NCBI GenBank assembly: GCA_051942205.1
Contig: JAVECO010000005.1
Coordinates: 248,001-285,745, forward strand
Reading direction: 5' to 3'
DNA from: Coniocarpon cinnabarinum
Lineage: Eukaryota
Length of the DNA stretch: 37,745 nucleotides
Each line of letters opens with the position of its first letter. Position 1 is the stretch's first letter. This document shows, piece after piece, positions 9,994 to 20,418 of the stretch. The notes under the pieces were generated by a model. The model was not told the origin of the DNA, did no database searches, and saw only the letters and a program-made list of their open reading frames with translations. Position numbers and translations under genes: made by a program.

Positions 9994-11068
9994 ATGGCCA
10001 GTCAAGAGCAACCCGTCTCCAAGGATGGTAAGTGGCGATATGCGCTCACTCCTTGACGTGCATTTGCTGATAAAGATTTCAGCAACTCTACCTAGGATGT
10101 GGCAAAACATACATTCGCATCGTGAGTACATGTGTCAGCACGCTCCTTGGTGGCGCGTGATTGTGCTAAGAAATTCTGCAAAAAGCGTCATGGACATATA
10201 GCGTACATGCAGGCTCAGACCAGCAGAGTCTGTTTTTCACACCCACCACAGGTACAAACGAACGAGAGAAATTGCATGGAGACGCCCGCATGCAGGTTGA
10301 GATGAGAGTTAAGTTCTACACAGGCTCGCATCTGGCAGGTACGTGACGCGGGTTGTTTCGACGCATTGACAGCGGTTTTTCCTGTGCACCTAACGCCTCT
10401 CGTCGTTGCACACACCAGCTTACAACATCAGAAGTTGCACAGCTCAGTTCATCCCACTGGCGGCTACGACAAGTTGTCAAACGCAGTCACGCGCCTGATG
10501 CCAACATTTCCATAGAAGACGTGACCCAACGCGGTATTGCGATACGATTCCACCACAGCGACAAAGACATAGCGCACTGGAAACTCAAAGATGACGATGG
10601 CTGGGGGTTCCTCGTTAGGCACCGACTGCTTTGGCGGCCAGAGAACGCAGCCTACATGATCCGATGTTTTGATACATTCTGGCAGATCTCGTACCATGAC
10701 AATCTGAAAGACATCACCGATGTGAAGAATATCAATAACGACTTCGAAGTCCTGGCGGAGTGGCATCTAAATGATCCCCAGGACAAATCGGTAGATCTCA
10801 ACGTGCGTCGTCGAGCGTCGCATCTCAGCTACCAATACTAAACAAATACCTCAGAAGATACCACTGACAGAAGCACCGGAGAACAGTTACTTTCAGGTCC
10901 ATTCAAGCCACTTCAAAGATAGAAAATAGGACACACCAAAGCGAGTGCACTCCACCCCTTGTCATTTTGCCACTCACTAACCTGAGGAAACAGTTGGTCG
11001 CGCTTTGGGCTTTTGCCAGGGTTCTATTGACAGAACTGCGAGATGGTGAGTCAGGGCAGAGCCAGTGA
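9994..11068 (+). pseudogene. Family A paralog A3, frameshifted near 10923-10929 (exons 9994-10027, 10083-10121, 10186-10338, 10432-10802, 10855-10940, 10994-11068)
   Basis: Same 153-nt exon and intron positions as A1 and A2. Motifs MRVKF, YMIRCFDTFWQISYH, LVALWAFAR. One base is missing in the A-run of AGAAAATAG, giving TAG at 10927-10929 before the conserved last exon. This could be an assembly indel. Confidence 0.7.
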
Positions 11069-11506
11069 GGGTATGGATGGCGGTATTCCCTTTGCGTGGA
11101 TAGGGTCTTATACTGCGTCATGTTTGCGAGATGGGGGACGCACACCTGAGCGCGCAATGGACTCTTCTTCCCCACCTTGTACGTGTGACACTACCACATC
11201 AGAAAGAGGGCAGCAACAAGAATGCCGAAAAACAATCGGCGCTTGTTCTGCAGAATTGTGTTCTTGCCATACCTGTAACCTATTCACGTATAGGAAAAGT
11301 ATGAAGCAGGGAGCTCGACATGACGTGAACGTGCCACTGCAATCCCTCGCTATGCTACATTCGGCCATCAGCGGTGAGGATGGCACAATTCTGCAGGAGC
11401 GAATTGGCGATTTCCATAGGCAGAGACGGCGGCGTTGGGATCCGGTCCAGAGCGGCTGGAGCAACGGCGAGAGGGCGGGGGCTGGTCAGTAACCTCGAGG
11501 GTCCTT

Positions 11507-11608
11507 GCCTCTAAAACTCAAGCCCCGCTGAGGGTGCGACGTCCGCAAACCCCCTAAGACGAGGGAGACGACACGTTTTGCTCTGACGCCTGACCTCTCA
11601 CTTCGAAA
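11507..11608. repeat. Diverged ~100-bp non-coding repeat, copy 2
   Basis: Aligns by eye with 7828-7927. Both copies lie downstream of a family A gene. Confidence 0.7.
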
Positions 11609-14600
11609 GAAAGTGAACTACTCTCAGAGCTGAGTGAGTCTGCATGTGTGGCGTTGATCCATGTATCGTGGCTCGCTGAGATGGTACTGACATACATGCT
11701 CGTATTAATGAAGGTCCTGCTGGAGTATATCACTGCAGCTGCGCTTGAGGTAAGTGTCAGTCCGTTGGTGACGGTTGAATCACCGTCATATCAGATGTGC
11801 AATCGCGGTCCGGGCAAACGCTGCTCAGCGACCGGCGTGTTTGATTCACAAGCTTGTAAAATGTGAACGATCGCGGGAGTGCTCCATTTGCTATGCGATT
11901 GTCACAGATGAAGCTTTTGTTGCTGTTCAATAGAACTTCGAGGCATGTTGATGTACTGTAACGTCTTGGTCAGCGAAGGAGTCCCGGAACAGAGAACCGC
12001 TCTCTGAGCACCGGTAAGCATTGTCTTGTCATCGCTGTTGACGATGCATTGCTCCACTTCACGTAGACTGGTCATAGAGAAAAGTCTCTACCCCTCACTT
12101 CAGCGATCATCTTGCGACATTACTCTGACGGTTCGTGAAAGCGCTGTACGAGGCCTGCCCTGCTCGTAAGCTCAGCTAGTTGCGCATCCAGTCATGCTAG
12201 CGCTGCTCCACACTCTTTGTGGAGAACAGGCCTGCTTCACATGCTGAGATACAGTCAGCAATGCCGTCTCCACGGCTGCGCTGCAGTTACGAAGATGAGT
12301 CTTCGGAATGATTTGCCGTCTTACAAGGTTGCCGCATGGAGACAGAGTCAGCGGACAGATGCGGAGGGACCCCACACACTGAAGGAGTGCTAGTGCGTGC
12401 AAGCTCAAACACTACCGTCTTCCACGTGATCATGAGTGAGGCAGTTCACTGAGATTCAAAGGTAGCTGAGGCAAACAGGGACATTTGCGTCAAAGGATCG
12501 TTCACGATCCTCTGCGACAACTTGGGCAACTGGTTGCCCTATGCTAGATGCTCCGGTGTGTTATCATCCTGAATCCACGGAACAGTGGAGATGCAAAAAG
12601 ATCCCTGAACGCGCCGCGACCTTCTCTGCACAGCGATTCAACATTTGAGACAGAGTCAACGAAGTTGAAGGATGGGATGTTCGAGTCGCGTTGAGGATTG
12701 AGGAAAGGGAGATTCATGATGTGAAGTCGTGAACCGGTGCAGACGGCTCCATTCCTCATTAGCAATAGGCGACAGTTAGCGAACCCGGTCATCTGGCATC
12801 TCGAATGGTTCAGCAAGCAGCACCATGGCGCCACGACGGTCTGCAGACCCAACTCTTGCGACGCCGTTCTCTACACGGGTCTTTGTTGGACTCGGGGACT
12901 TAGTCAGGGACTGAGTGGAAGCAAGACCCGGAACAGCTATTTTGGGTCTCTTGCTGCTCTGCAAACACAAGTCATGAGCTGTCTGAGAGCTGTCTGAGTC
13001 GCCACGGTTGAGTCGGCACGCAAGGCGTCGGCGAGGTCTGCCGCGGGTCATTGGAGAGCTAGGAGTAAACGACACGAGCTGTGCTGAGGCTGTGGGAAGG
13101 CGAGGTCATGTGTTCACCCAGCTCAAGGGTCAGGGAGTGCTTCAAGACAATTATTATGAACGAACATGCTGACAAGATCGATGAGACATCGTCTCAAAGC
13201 ACGTGTGAACCGTCCCAGGTCAGCAGCCCCTCACTTGAAACGAATCATGAACATACACGAAGGCATCTTTTCCAAGCGATGTGTTGCAGACCTTGACACC
13301 GGGCTGCTTTTGAGCTTGGACAGCGCAGGACCGGAGTCAACAGATTTTTCAGCGGTGGAGAGATCGATCTAGGCAAGAGCATGCCGCATGGCGTTTGGTT
13401 TCCATGTCAAGGGACCGCCAGCGCATCCGTTGTAATTGACTTCTAGGCGGTCAATGCCCACGTCAAGGGTGCTATCGAGATTTCTGCAAACGACACAGAG
13501 GGTCTTGCATTCGCATGTGTTATCAGGGAGAAGGCCCAGACTTTGAATAGCATGCGCCACAAGGCCGTGAGGCTGGGGGCCCAGAACGCGCTCAGCAAAT
13601 GCATGCAGTATAGGACAAGAAGAAGATGCAAGGCTGGAGAAGAGACGAGCAAAAGGGCTGTAATGTTAATACGGGGCCTTCAGATTGAAGGCTAAGTTTG
13701 TTGTCAATACTGTGTACATTTTGGATCGTGACTTCGTGACACATGATTTTAGTCATACATTCGTGAACGGCCGTGGTAAGATTGGCCTCGCCTTCTCGAG
13801 GCTATAGGAGATCCAGGCTTGTCTGCATCGTTCAATAGGCGTGGCGCGAAACTGTGGCGGCATCCAGGTCTGCCTTGAGACTCTGCAGAATCTCCAGACC
13901 GTGCAAGGCTCGTGTCCAGCCCCAAGCATGATTGAAAGATGTACGCGATTTGAGGACGGCTCGCCGTGCCGAGACAGGACATCCCGCAGTTGGAGGCTCC
14001 TCCTCCAATGTCTTTCGAGCACGTGACAGGCTCGGCTACCGAAAGCGTGAAGATCTAGACCAGTGCCCGCGACCGTCGCCGGCCAAGCCCATCAGCCGTG
14101 CCGGTCAAGGACAGCCCTCGTGACAAGGTACCCGGTTGTGACTGACAGCTTTCCCCAGACTGGGCCGCATGCGGCTGTTTGCGCTATCGAGCGGTAGTTG
14201 TCCCGATCAAAAGCTCCATCCCCATCTCTCGTTTGTGGGTCCAACCATGGCGTTCGCATGTAAGTTAGACCATTGGTTGAAAGACATACACGCTCTGTTC
14301 TCGTGTGTAAGCCACCGAGTCTGTGCACGAGCCTGGTGACCGGTGAATGTGTGTCCCGTCTGGTCTGGATTTCGACGTCGAAATTGGTCTTTCCTCACCG
14401 CAGATGCGCTGAGTTCATCAAGATCGCGATTGTTCCCTTGTTTGTACGCTGGGCGTTCGAAGCTCGATGGAAGTACCCGCGGGGAGGATGCAAACATAGC
14501 TATTGCGGCCTCTGAGTAGTTGATTGCTGCGATTGACTCTGTCCCGCAGATAGTTCAATGACTCGGTAGGCTCATTTTGCAGGCGCATGGGGTGAGGTCC

Positions 14601-14674
14601 GCCAACCACTCATGGTGTGCCGCATCTGAGGGCTGGAATCATTGGGCCGCGGGCTTTCCAAAATATTTCATGAG

Positions 14675-15214
14675 CTAGTGAACATCACATTGCTTCATGC
14701 AGATGTCGCAGAAGCCAATTTTCGACTCGGCTTCTTGCAGCTCTTGATCGTCTCCGAAAAGGTCGAAAGAGGGTCGCCGACCGCTCCTAGGCGAGACGAT
14801 CGAACTTTGGGTGGGTGAGCTTGTTGAACGACGAGGTTGTGGACGAGGGCGGGCTTGCGTCGATGATTTGGTGGATTTCCTGGAGGTGGTAGAGCTTGAT
14901 GCGCCCGAGCTAGCCGGTCTTTGTTTGATGGGTGATGATGGGGTCCTTCGTGCCGCACCGGTTGAAGTATTGACATGGAGTGGGCTTGAGGGAAGTGTTA
15001 GACACGACTTCGATTGATTTTCATATACAACAGCATACCTTCGTGGTACTGAATCCCTGCTGCTGGTCGATGTGTTTGATGAAGTGGTGGTGAGGCTAGC
15101 GCCGCTGCCGTTAGATCGAGGCTCTTCATTGGTGATGCTGCGTGATAGAGAGACGTCGAAGTTGGGAAGCAAGTCCTCGTCCGTTCCAGTCGGACTCCAA
15201 TCGAGAAGGCCCAT
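14675..15214 (-). CDS. Ser/Arg/Pro-rich hypothetical protein, 179 aa
   Basis: ATG-initiated ORF preceded by a pyrimidine-rich leader. Disordered low-complexity composition with a C-terminal CxxCxxxC. No family recognised. Confidence 0.55.
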   Translation of the reverse strand: MGLLDWSPTGTDEDLLPNFDVSLSRSITNEEPRSNGSGASLTTTSSNTSTSSRDSVPRRYAVVYENQSKSCLTLPSSPLHVNTSTGAARRTPSSPIKQRPASSGASSSTTSRKSTKSSTQARPRPQPRRSTSSPTQSSIVSPRSGRRPSFDLFGDDQELQEAESKIGFCDICMKQCDVH

Positions 15215-16597
15215 GATGAAGATGGCAACAACGCAAATAAAATATACAAAGAAGCTAAAGGTCCTGCAAGTGGAGGAGAGTGGTCAAGGGGAGATGCCTC
15301 TCTTTTGTGCACTTTGGAGAACAAAGGGATGGTACGAAATCCAGCGGGCTTAGCAGACCCTTAATAATGAGGAAATAGCGCTGTTCCGGAACGTGGGAAG
15401 CGATCTGGAGCGCCTCGAGCGACGGAGTGCAGAGAAGATCGATGGGCCATCAATGCTATGGAGAGGCATGACCACACAAAGGATTGATGGTAGCTTCTCC
15501 GCGCGGCCGCCCAGGGCATGACGCTTGAATCAGACGCATCCGTCTAGGCTGTGGGAGCTTGTTGGAGAGTCAGGCCGTACAGCGCTGCAGCGTGACGTGC
15601 AGTCTCGCTCCAAGCCCCCTTCGAGACGCAGCAGCTGAGGTGTGCAGGCCAGTGGCAGGCAGGTGATCTGCCAGGCCGGTGGCGCTCTAGACAGGGTTGC
15701 GGATTGGTCAAGGCGGCGCCACGGCTCTGCCCGCAGCAGCGCCAAAGCTCGGGCCAAGTGCGAGTGACTCGCCCAGTGTGGCTTTCTTCCTCCACCCACA
15801 ACAACTATTCTCCTGCTCCGTCGAGCGCTGCTGACAGGGACTTGTCCGTGCTTCTTTTCCTTTGACACTGTGCTTTGGTGCTGACGGACAGACGCCTCCG
15901 TCGGAGGAAACGCGGGCCATCCCTTGGTGCTCTTGGGGCAATTTGCAGATTCATGTGCGCGTCGGCGCCGGATTGGGTGGCTTCCCCTCACCCAGAGCGT
16001 CATGAGCTGACCGCGTCTGAGATGATCGCCGTAGTCCGTCGCAGGGAAAGAGGTCTGATGCAACACGGAGCCTGAGCGAGCAGTCTCCGAAGGCTGGTGA
16101 CTGGGAAGGGGCAGGATTTTGGGTTTCCTGAGAAGCAGCCACCGACTGATCTGTGTACGCAGGCTTACCTCTTGAGGTATGTCCATACGCCGCCGCCGCT
16201 GTATCCACCGGTGCCACTGTACCAGGGATGTGTGGCCACCTTGGTTGGAGGTCTTTGTTCTCGTCGGACGCTCCTTGAATCCGCCCCGAAGCGCTTCATG
16301 TTGTTCAAAAGCCACGACAGGACTGTCTCAAAAGTTGTCTCAAACCTTGGCCTACACTCAACGGTTGCGTGAGACCTATTGTTCCTCCGAAGCATCGACG
16401 AGTCTTTTGACAGGCGGCACAATCTGACCCACCGTCTGCACTCGAGCAGGGATGTCCATCTCGAACTGCTACAACAAAGGTCCGCGACCGTTGCAGTAGC
16501 CAGAGGCTCGCGAGCCCTGTTGCAACGTCTGCGAGACTTGGCTTACGGTTGCGGTAGTCAGGGTTTCGCAGCAGACGCGTGGATGACTGCAAAAATT

Positions 16598-17980
16598 TCA
16601 GTCGTCTTTCTTTGATCTGAGCTCTCCCTCGACGTCATCGTCATCGTCCTTTCGACCTCCATTGCGCTTCTCTTTCAGCGCTTTCACCACGCTCTCATCG
16701 TGGGCGTCCTTTCTCTCATCCCAGTCAACATCATACTCGTTTGCGACGGCCATGATCTCACGCCGTAGATGGTTGGCTTCATCCACGAGATAATTGAATT
16801 TCGGTAAATTGAAGCCTCGCTTTGTATACGCTGCCTGCTGCCGGCGCGATACGGTCAGATTCATCGCCGACTGGTACGACGCTTCGCGCCTGTTCATGAG
16901 GAACCAACCGTATCCAATAAGCACACCAGCCATGCCAACGAGATAGGTCACTGGCTCCATGACATCCCAGCCAAGATCGGTCATGAATGTAAGGTATGCA
17001 ACAACACCGCTCCAAGCCACTAAGCTACCTCCGCCAGCATATGCAATACGCTGAGCAGCGTTGTGCGCCGCCATGTCACATTCAGCCTTGACTTTCGCCA
17101 TGTCAGCAATCTCTTTGGCCTTCTTTCGTAGCCGCATGCGCAGGTAATATGTTCGATCGCCAAATGAGGGAACTCCAACTCGTATCTGGTTTGGTGCACT
17201 TTCGATCTCAATGCCAAATTCTCGTCCACGAGCGGCGTCGCGAATGAAGTCGCCCATTTCTGTCGACTTGCTCCATCGGACAAAGTTGAGCTCCTCTACG
17301 GGGATATCAGACTCACGACCCTTGCCGCTATAGTGCTCTACGCCACGTGTACCGTCTTGTTCGTCACGTTCCTCAAGCTTCTCTTGCTGAGGTGACAAGT
17401 CGTCCTCTGCCATCGAGTCTGCGGCCAGAAAATTCACAGCGGGAATGCGGTCACGGCTACCATCTTTGATGAGTGGCAGTTCGGCTTGTATGAGGCGCTC
17501 TAGGTATGACAGAGGCTGCGAAGGATGAACGAGCAGTGCTAGCGGCTCCACACTCTTTCTGTCGGTGTTTGCATCTCGGGTGGTCAAGGGCAGCACCAGC
17601 TTCAGCAACCTGGCTGGCGTTGTGAGAAGTTTGCCCTTTGTCATCGCTCCGGCCGAGCGAGGCCGCGAGACTGGAGGCTGGTCTGCTCCTTCTCGTTGCC
17701 ATGGTGTGCGAATCTGTTTGAGCTTGTCCTCTGCGACGACCTTGTCGTAATGCGATGCTTCCTCTTTTGTAATATTTTGGTCTAGGTTCCTAGAACTCTT
17801 TGTTCGAGAGTTCTGATATGAGTCGGTACTTTGGCGGCGCAGGTAGGAAGTTCTGCATTCAACTTTGAGCCGCAGAAGGGGTCGGAGTGAAACGAGTGAT
17901 TGATCAGGGCAAAGACTTGGGGACGGTGCAGTGTATTGCAGGCGCTTGCAAAGGGATCCAGCCACGGAATGCAGCTTCAT
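16598..17980 (-). CDS. MCU: Mitochondrial calcium uniporter, fungal MCU
   Basis: Selectivity-filter motif GWDVMEPVTY (WDxxEP) between two TM helices. Fungal N-terminal domain motif LLVHPSQPLSYLERLIQAE, VPSFGDRTYYLRMRL coiled coil, and an Arg-rich presequence from ATG 17980. Confidence 0.96.
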   Translation of the reverse strand: MKLHSVAGSLCKRLQYTAPSPSLCPDQSLVSLRPLLRLKVECRTSYLRRQSTDSYQNSRTKSSRNLDQNITKEEASHYDKVVAEDKLKQIRTPWQREGADQPPVSRPRSAGAMTKGKLLTTPARLLKLVLPLTTRDANTDRKSVEPLALLVHPSQPLSYLERLIQAELPLIKDGSRDRIPAVNFLAADSMAEDDLSPQQEKLEERDEQDGTRGVEHYSGKGRESDIPVEELNFVRWSKSTEMGDFIRDAARGREFGIEIESAPNQIRVGVPSFGDRTYYLRMRLRKKAKEIADMAKVKAECDMAAHNAAQRIAYAGGGSLVAWSGVVAYLTFMTDLGWDVMEPVTYLVGMAGVLIGYGWFLMNRREASYQSAMNLTVSRRQQAAYTKRGFNLPKFNYLVDEANHLRREIMAVANEYDVDWDERKDAHDESVVKALKEKRNGGRKDDDDDVEGELRSKKDD

Positions 17981-18599
17981 GATGATCAACAGGGGTTGAA
18001 GCTGTAACACACGTAGACCTTGTCTTCAGGAAGCGCAAGCCTCAAGCTCTTACGCACGATGTGCCGAACTCTGCTCGCGTAAAGCGGAGACTGCAAGACT
18101 TGTGGAGATGTGTCTTTGTGTGCTAATCATTGCTGTCGCTGTCTGCAGAAATGTCAATGTCCAATGGCTGGGACTACTTGCACGCTTGGCACGTGTGACG
18201 TATGTAGGCAGGTAGGTAAGGTAGCTGTTAGAATGTGAATGTCTGAAATCTCAGGCTCGTAAAGGTCAGTCTCCCCGGTAGTATCGCTGTTTGCGGCCTT
18301 GATCCTCCGCGTTGCATTAGTACTATAAGATCTTCGACTTTTTGACGTCAAGGCGCAGACATCGGCGCAATAATCAGGATGTTGTCGCATAGCTCCATCG
18401 AACGATCGGGCTGAGTCGAGTGTTGATCTTCGAGTGGCGGAGGTCTCGTCACCTTGTGACGAATATAGTAGATCTACGATTTCGAGCGCTGATCAGCTCT
18501 CGCACGTTAGTCGGAACTGAGAGTGCGCAACTTCAGGCATCACTATACTTATTGATTTTTATGGTACAGTGCCGATCGCTCGAGCTGCAACTGTGGATG

Positions 18600-19169
18600 T
18601 CATCTTCCTATGTTCGAAAGAGAGGAGCTGTGAGAAGTCGTGTTCTCGCCAAAGGTGCTCGGTACATTACTTTGCGTGATGCCAATCCTCCATTGAGACT
18701 CTTGACCTACATCAATTTGACTCTGGGTGGCGAGTCTTTCTGGAGGCCTTGTGCCTGGCGTGGCGGGCTTCAGCTTGCGAGCCCGATTACGCGTCCAAAG
18801 CCTTGTAGCCACGCGTGGGTCTAAAGGTCGGAGACCTATTCCTTGGAGTATCTGTGCTGCACGATCAATGTTTTCTTGTGACACCCAATGATTCCAACGC
18901 CGTGCCAGCACGTAGATGATGACGTTGGCGTCGCTAGCATGAGGTTCGCAGTATCCTCCATAGCCGGCTCTCGCCGCTGTAGGGGCCATCAATGTCTCAA
19001 GCTGTGAGAGAAGGTACGTCCGCCAGTCAGCGGTGTAGAAGGACATTGTGCCGGGATGGATGTGGACCTCAAATGTGACTGCGTATTCGGGGTGGGAGGA
19101 TTTCAGGTTCGTCGCCGTAATTGCAGTGCCTCGTGGCGAATCACTCTCCGAGTGCGTCCTTTGGTCCAT
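18600..19169 (-). CDS. Hypothetical protein, ~189 aa, orphan
   Basis: ATG-initiated ORF with a globular-looking alternating beta/alpha core (YAVTFEVHIH...WRTYLLSQLETLM...VIIYVLARR...IDRAAQILQGIG). No family recognised. Confidence 0.45.
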   Translation of the reverse strand: MDQRTHSESDSPRGTAITATNLKSSHPEYAVTFEVHIHPGTMSFYTADWRTYLLSQLETLMAPTAARAGYGGYCEPHASDANVIIYVLARRWNHWVSQENIDRAAQILQGIGLRPLDPRVATRLWTRNRARKLKPATPGTRPPERLATQSQIDVGQESQWRIGITQSNVPSTFGENTTSHSSSLSNIGR

Positions 19170-20418
19170 CACACGAGCTAGGTGGATGCCTTTCAGAGCG
19201 AGCAGAGGCTAGCAGTCTCTTTATGATCTTTCTTTGCCGCTATCACGTCAGCAAGCCATGCCAATTCAGAAGATATTCCTGCAATCTCAGTGTCGACTGA
19301 AGCGATGATCTCTTCCATGACGTTGTTTGAAGTCAAAGCTGGACATTTACGGCATGTATTTTGGGAAGCTGTGTTCAAAACAGTCATTGTGTGGTTGACA
19401 ACATTAAAGCAGCTAACCATGTTGAAGCAACAGGTTGGGAATCAGGCGCAAAGCCCTTCACCAATGCACCTTCTTGACCATCTTAATTGATGAAGTGAAG
19501 AGATGTTGGCCTAGTTCCAAACAGCGATTTCAAGCAGCGAGACGACGCAATTCCCTTCGAAGAACCCTTCGTGAAGACGATTTCTGATTGTCCTCATGCG
19601 ATTTAACGACGCCAGACTGACGCCAGACTGACGCCATGATGAACTTCGCAATCTCTTGATGAATGTTCTTTGGGTTGATTTAATGTCCCAAACAAGCCTT
19701 TGGCGCACCAGAAATCCATCCGTTCTGGCAGGTGGATCACTGATAGGCGACACCTGCCTAGATGGTAGCGTTAAATCTGAATTCGGAGTTTAGAGCTCAA
19801 GTAGATTGGATTTGCTTCGCTGGGTGAACTTGTCTACCCAAGCTTTTACCCTCTCTAGAGATATATCACGTGATTGGCACACGTCCCAAGATGGTTCTTT
19901 TGCTTGGCGCATCACCACCACCGAGGGACGAGAACGAAAGCACCGCGACGCTCTGCAGCTGGCGAGAATAGCTCATGTCCGAAGCTGCTGCAAGTTTTCG
20001 TATCAAACATCATCGGTTCTGGTCGCTTGACGACTCGGTCTGGCCACTGTCCATGATCTTGCTGTGAGCCCCTGAACAGGTGTCACAAGACTTGGTAACA
20101 TCGCCCACGCATGACCGGCATCCTACGCCTCTCACTGGATGCCGGCCTCTTGAGCACATCCCGGATGGTGATCTCCTGCTGGAAGCGTGCTTGTTCCATG
20201 CCGATCATCTTCCACTAGTTCACGCTAAACTCACGCTCCGCAAAGGTATCCTGGACTGTGATCAGACGTGCGTGCATGCGACCACCAGGTGGCTTCGTCG
20301 CAGGTCCGAGTATGACATGCAAGCCAGGTTATGATTTAGCACAAAGAGTTATCTTAATTATCATTCCTGGTCCCCAGCCTCGTATTGCCTCCATTGTCCT
20401 CGTTTTGAGATCATCAAG

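Noticed and set aside
10927..10929. Premature TAG in A3 as an A-to-I editing target
   Set aside because: Homology to A1 and the GC donor position require a frame change, not stop read-through.
11700..14600. Many short ORFs, possibly a decayed gene on the - strand
   Set aside because: Could not assemble a consistent model or recognise any family or homology to families A or B.
15530..16315. 261-aa - strand ORF
   Set aside because: Composition is typical of GC-rich non-coding DNA, with no motif or codon bias noticed. More likely the upstream region of the 14675-15214 gene.
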